DNA of 63,973 nucleotides, the filler included, from Reclinomonas americana ATCC 50394 (Eukaryota): NCBI GenBank assembly GCA_048213135.1. It is 21 parts of 21 records of this genome, joined end to end, with 100 filler letters (N's around TTAATTAATTAA, not from the genome) between each part and the next. Parts side by side here need not be neighbours in the genome. Positions count along the whole stretch, not along the records: positions 62,957 to 63,973 come from AFZH01019762.1; 20 more parts are not named here. One strand, written 5' to 3'. The notes below the pieces were generated by a model. That model ran no database searches. It was not told the DNA's origin and worked only from the letters and a program-made list of their open reading frames with translations. This document shows positions 63,146 to 63,973 of this stretch, piece by piece. Every line of letters starts with the position of its first letter. Position 1 is the first letter of the stretch. The position numbers were made by a program, and so were the translations under genes.

Positions 63146-63640
63146 GCCTTGCCGCCAGCGCCACCGAACTCCAAGAGCTCACCACCGTCCGCGACGAATT
63201 CGAATCCTTCAAAACCAAAGCCGCGGAATGGAAACAGCGCGTGCAGCAAACAAGCGACGCCGATCGTCAGCGCATCGCCGAACTCGAGGTGCAATTGGTG
63301 AGCGAGCTGCCCACCTGAGCGAATGCACTGTGAGTTACTCACATCTGTCCACAGTCTGCATCTGCCGGCGGTGCGTCGGCCGACGCGTCGCTGCAGGACA
63401 CGTTGCGCGCGCAAATCGGTGCGTCCAATTCATCTCGTTTCTCGCGTGCATATCATCACCTCATTCAGCCGATTACAGCAACCCTCCAACACGAATTGAG
63501 TGGAGCGCGCCTGGATGCCCAGCAGTCGTCGGAGGCCAAGCAAGGTGAGCAGCGCTCCCTGATCTCTTTTTTGTCTTTCCCTCTCGCTGACTCCCTTCCC
63601 CTCCCAACAGCGCTGGTCGCCGAACTCGAAGAGCTGCGAG
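63146..63640 (+). CDS. Exons of an unidentified coiled-coil protein (partial)
   Basis: RLAASATELQELTTVRDEFESFKTKAAEWKQR...RIAELE, with further short exons bounded by CAG| and |GTGCGT, |GTGAGC, |GTTTGT. Confidence 0.5.
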
Positions 63641-63973
63641 GTTTGTGTGTCTCACTCAAAGAGGGGAAAAGGCAGCTCAGCAAATACACGTGAAAAGAGA
63701 ACAAGAAAGAGAGAGAGAGAGAAAGATAGCACTTCCACACTCTTCTCCTCCTTCGGACGAGTGACAGAAAAAGGCAGGCTTGCGGCGCGTACGCACAGTG
63801 ATACACTTTGCAAGAACGAGTGATAGAGAGAGCAAGAAAGGGGCTGGTTCCTCTCTCTGTCTCCCACTCTCTCATTCACTCCCTCTTTCTCTCTTCCCAC
63901 TCTTCCCTCTCTTCCCTCTCTTTCCTCTCTTTCCTCTCTTTCCTCTCTCCCCTCTCTTCCCTCTCTCTCCTCT

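Overview
This is not one continuous locus. It is 21 assembly fragments joined by 100-nt N-TTAATTAATTAA-N linkers, and several genes run straight across a linker, so part of it is scaffolded. Positions 1-50952 come from a high-GC alphaproteobacterium (Hyphomicrobiales, Bosea-like by my inference). That part holds a MetOD1/V4R-protein + soluble histidine kinase + NarL regulator + Asp-less receiver signalling cluster, aromatic catabolism genes (intradiol dioxygenase with HpaH/HpaI; a phthalate 4,5-dioxygenase pathway), many ABC importers with readable operator palindromes, tRNA-Arg(TCT), and a displaced 3' half of tRNA-Pro that marks an island boundary. Positions 51053-63973 are intron-rich DNA from an unidentified microbial eukaryote: NRF-6-like acyltransferase, divergent histone H4/H2B pair, BUB3, GT54-like glycosyltransferase, KDSR-like SDR, NMNAT-like gene and mitochondrial PheRS. 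The strongest leads are (i) a recurrent, reading-frame-validated GTTGCG(T) 5' splice site in the eukaryote, (ii) an H4 with an extended tail, a 5'UTR intron and a histone-type 3' stem-loop, (iii) the MetOD1 signalling module and (iv) the tRNA-Pro island with phthalate genes. An untrimmed SOLiD/Ion mate-pair adapter at 40563-40598 suggests the single-base frameshifts are probably sequencing errors. All family assignments come from motif recognition; no searches were run.
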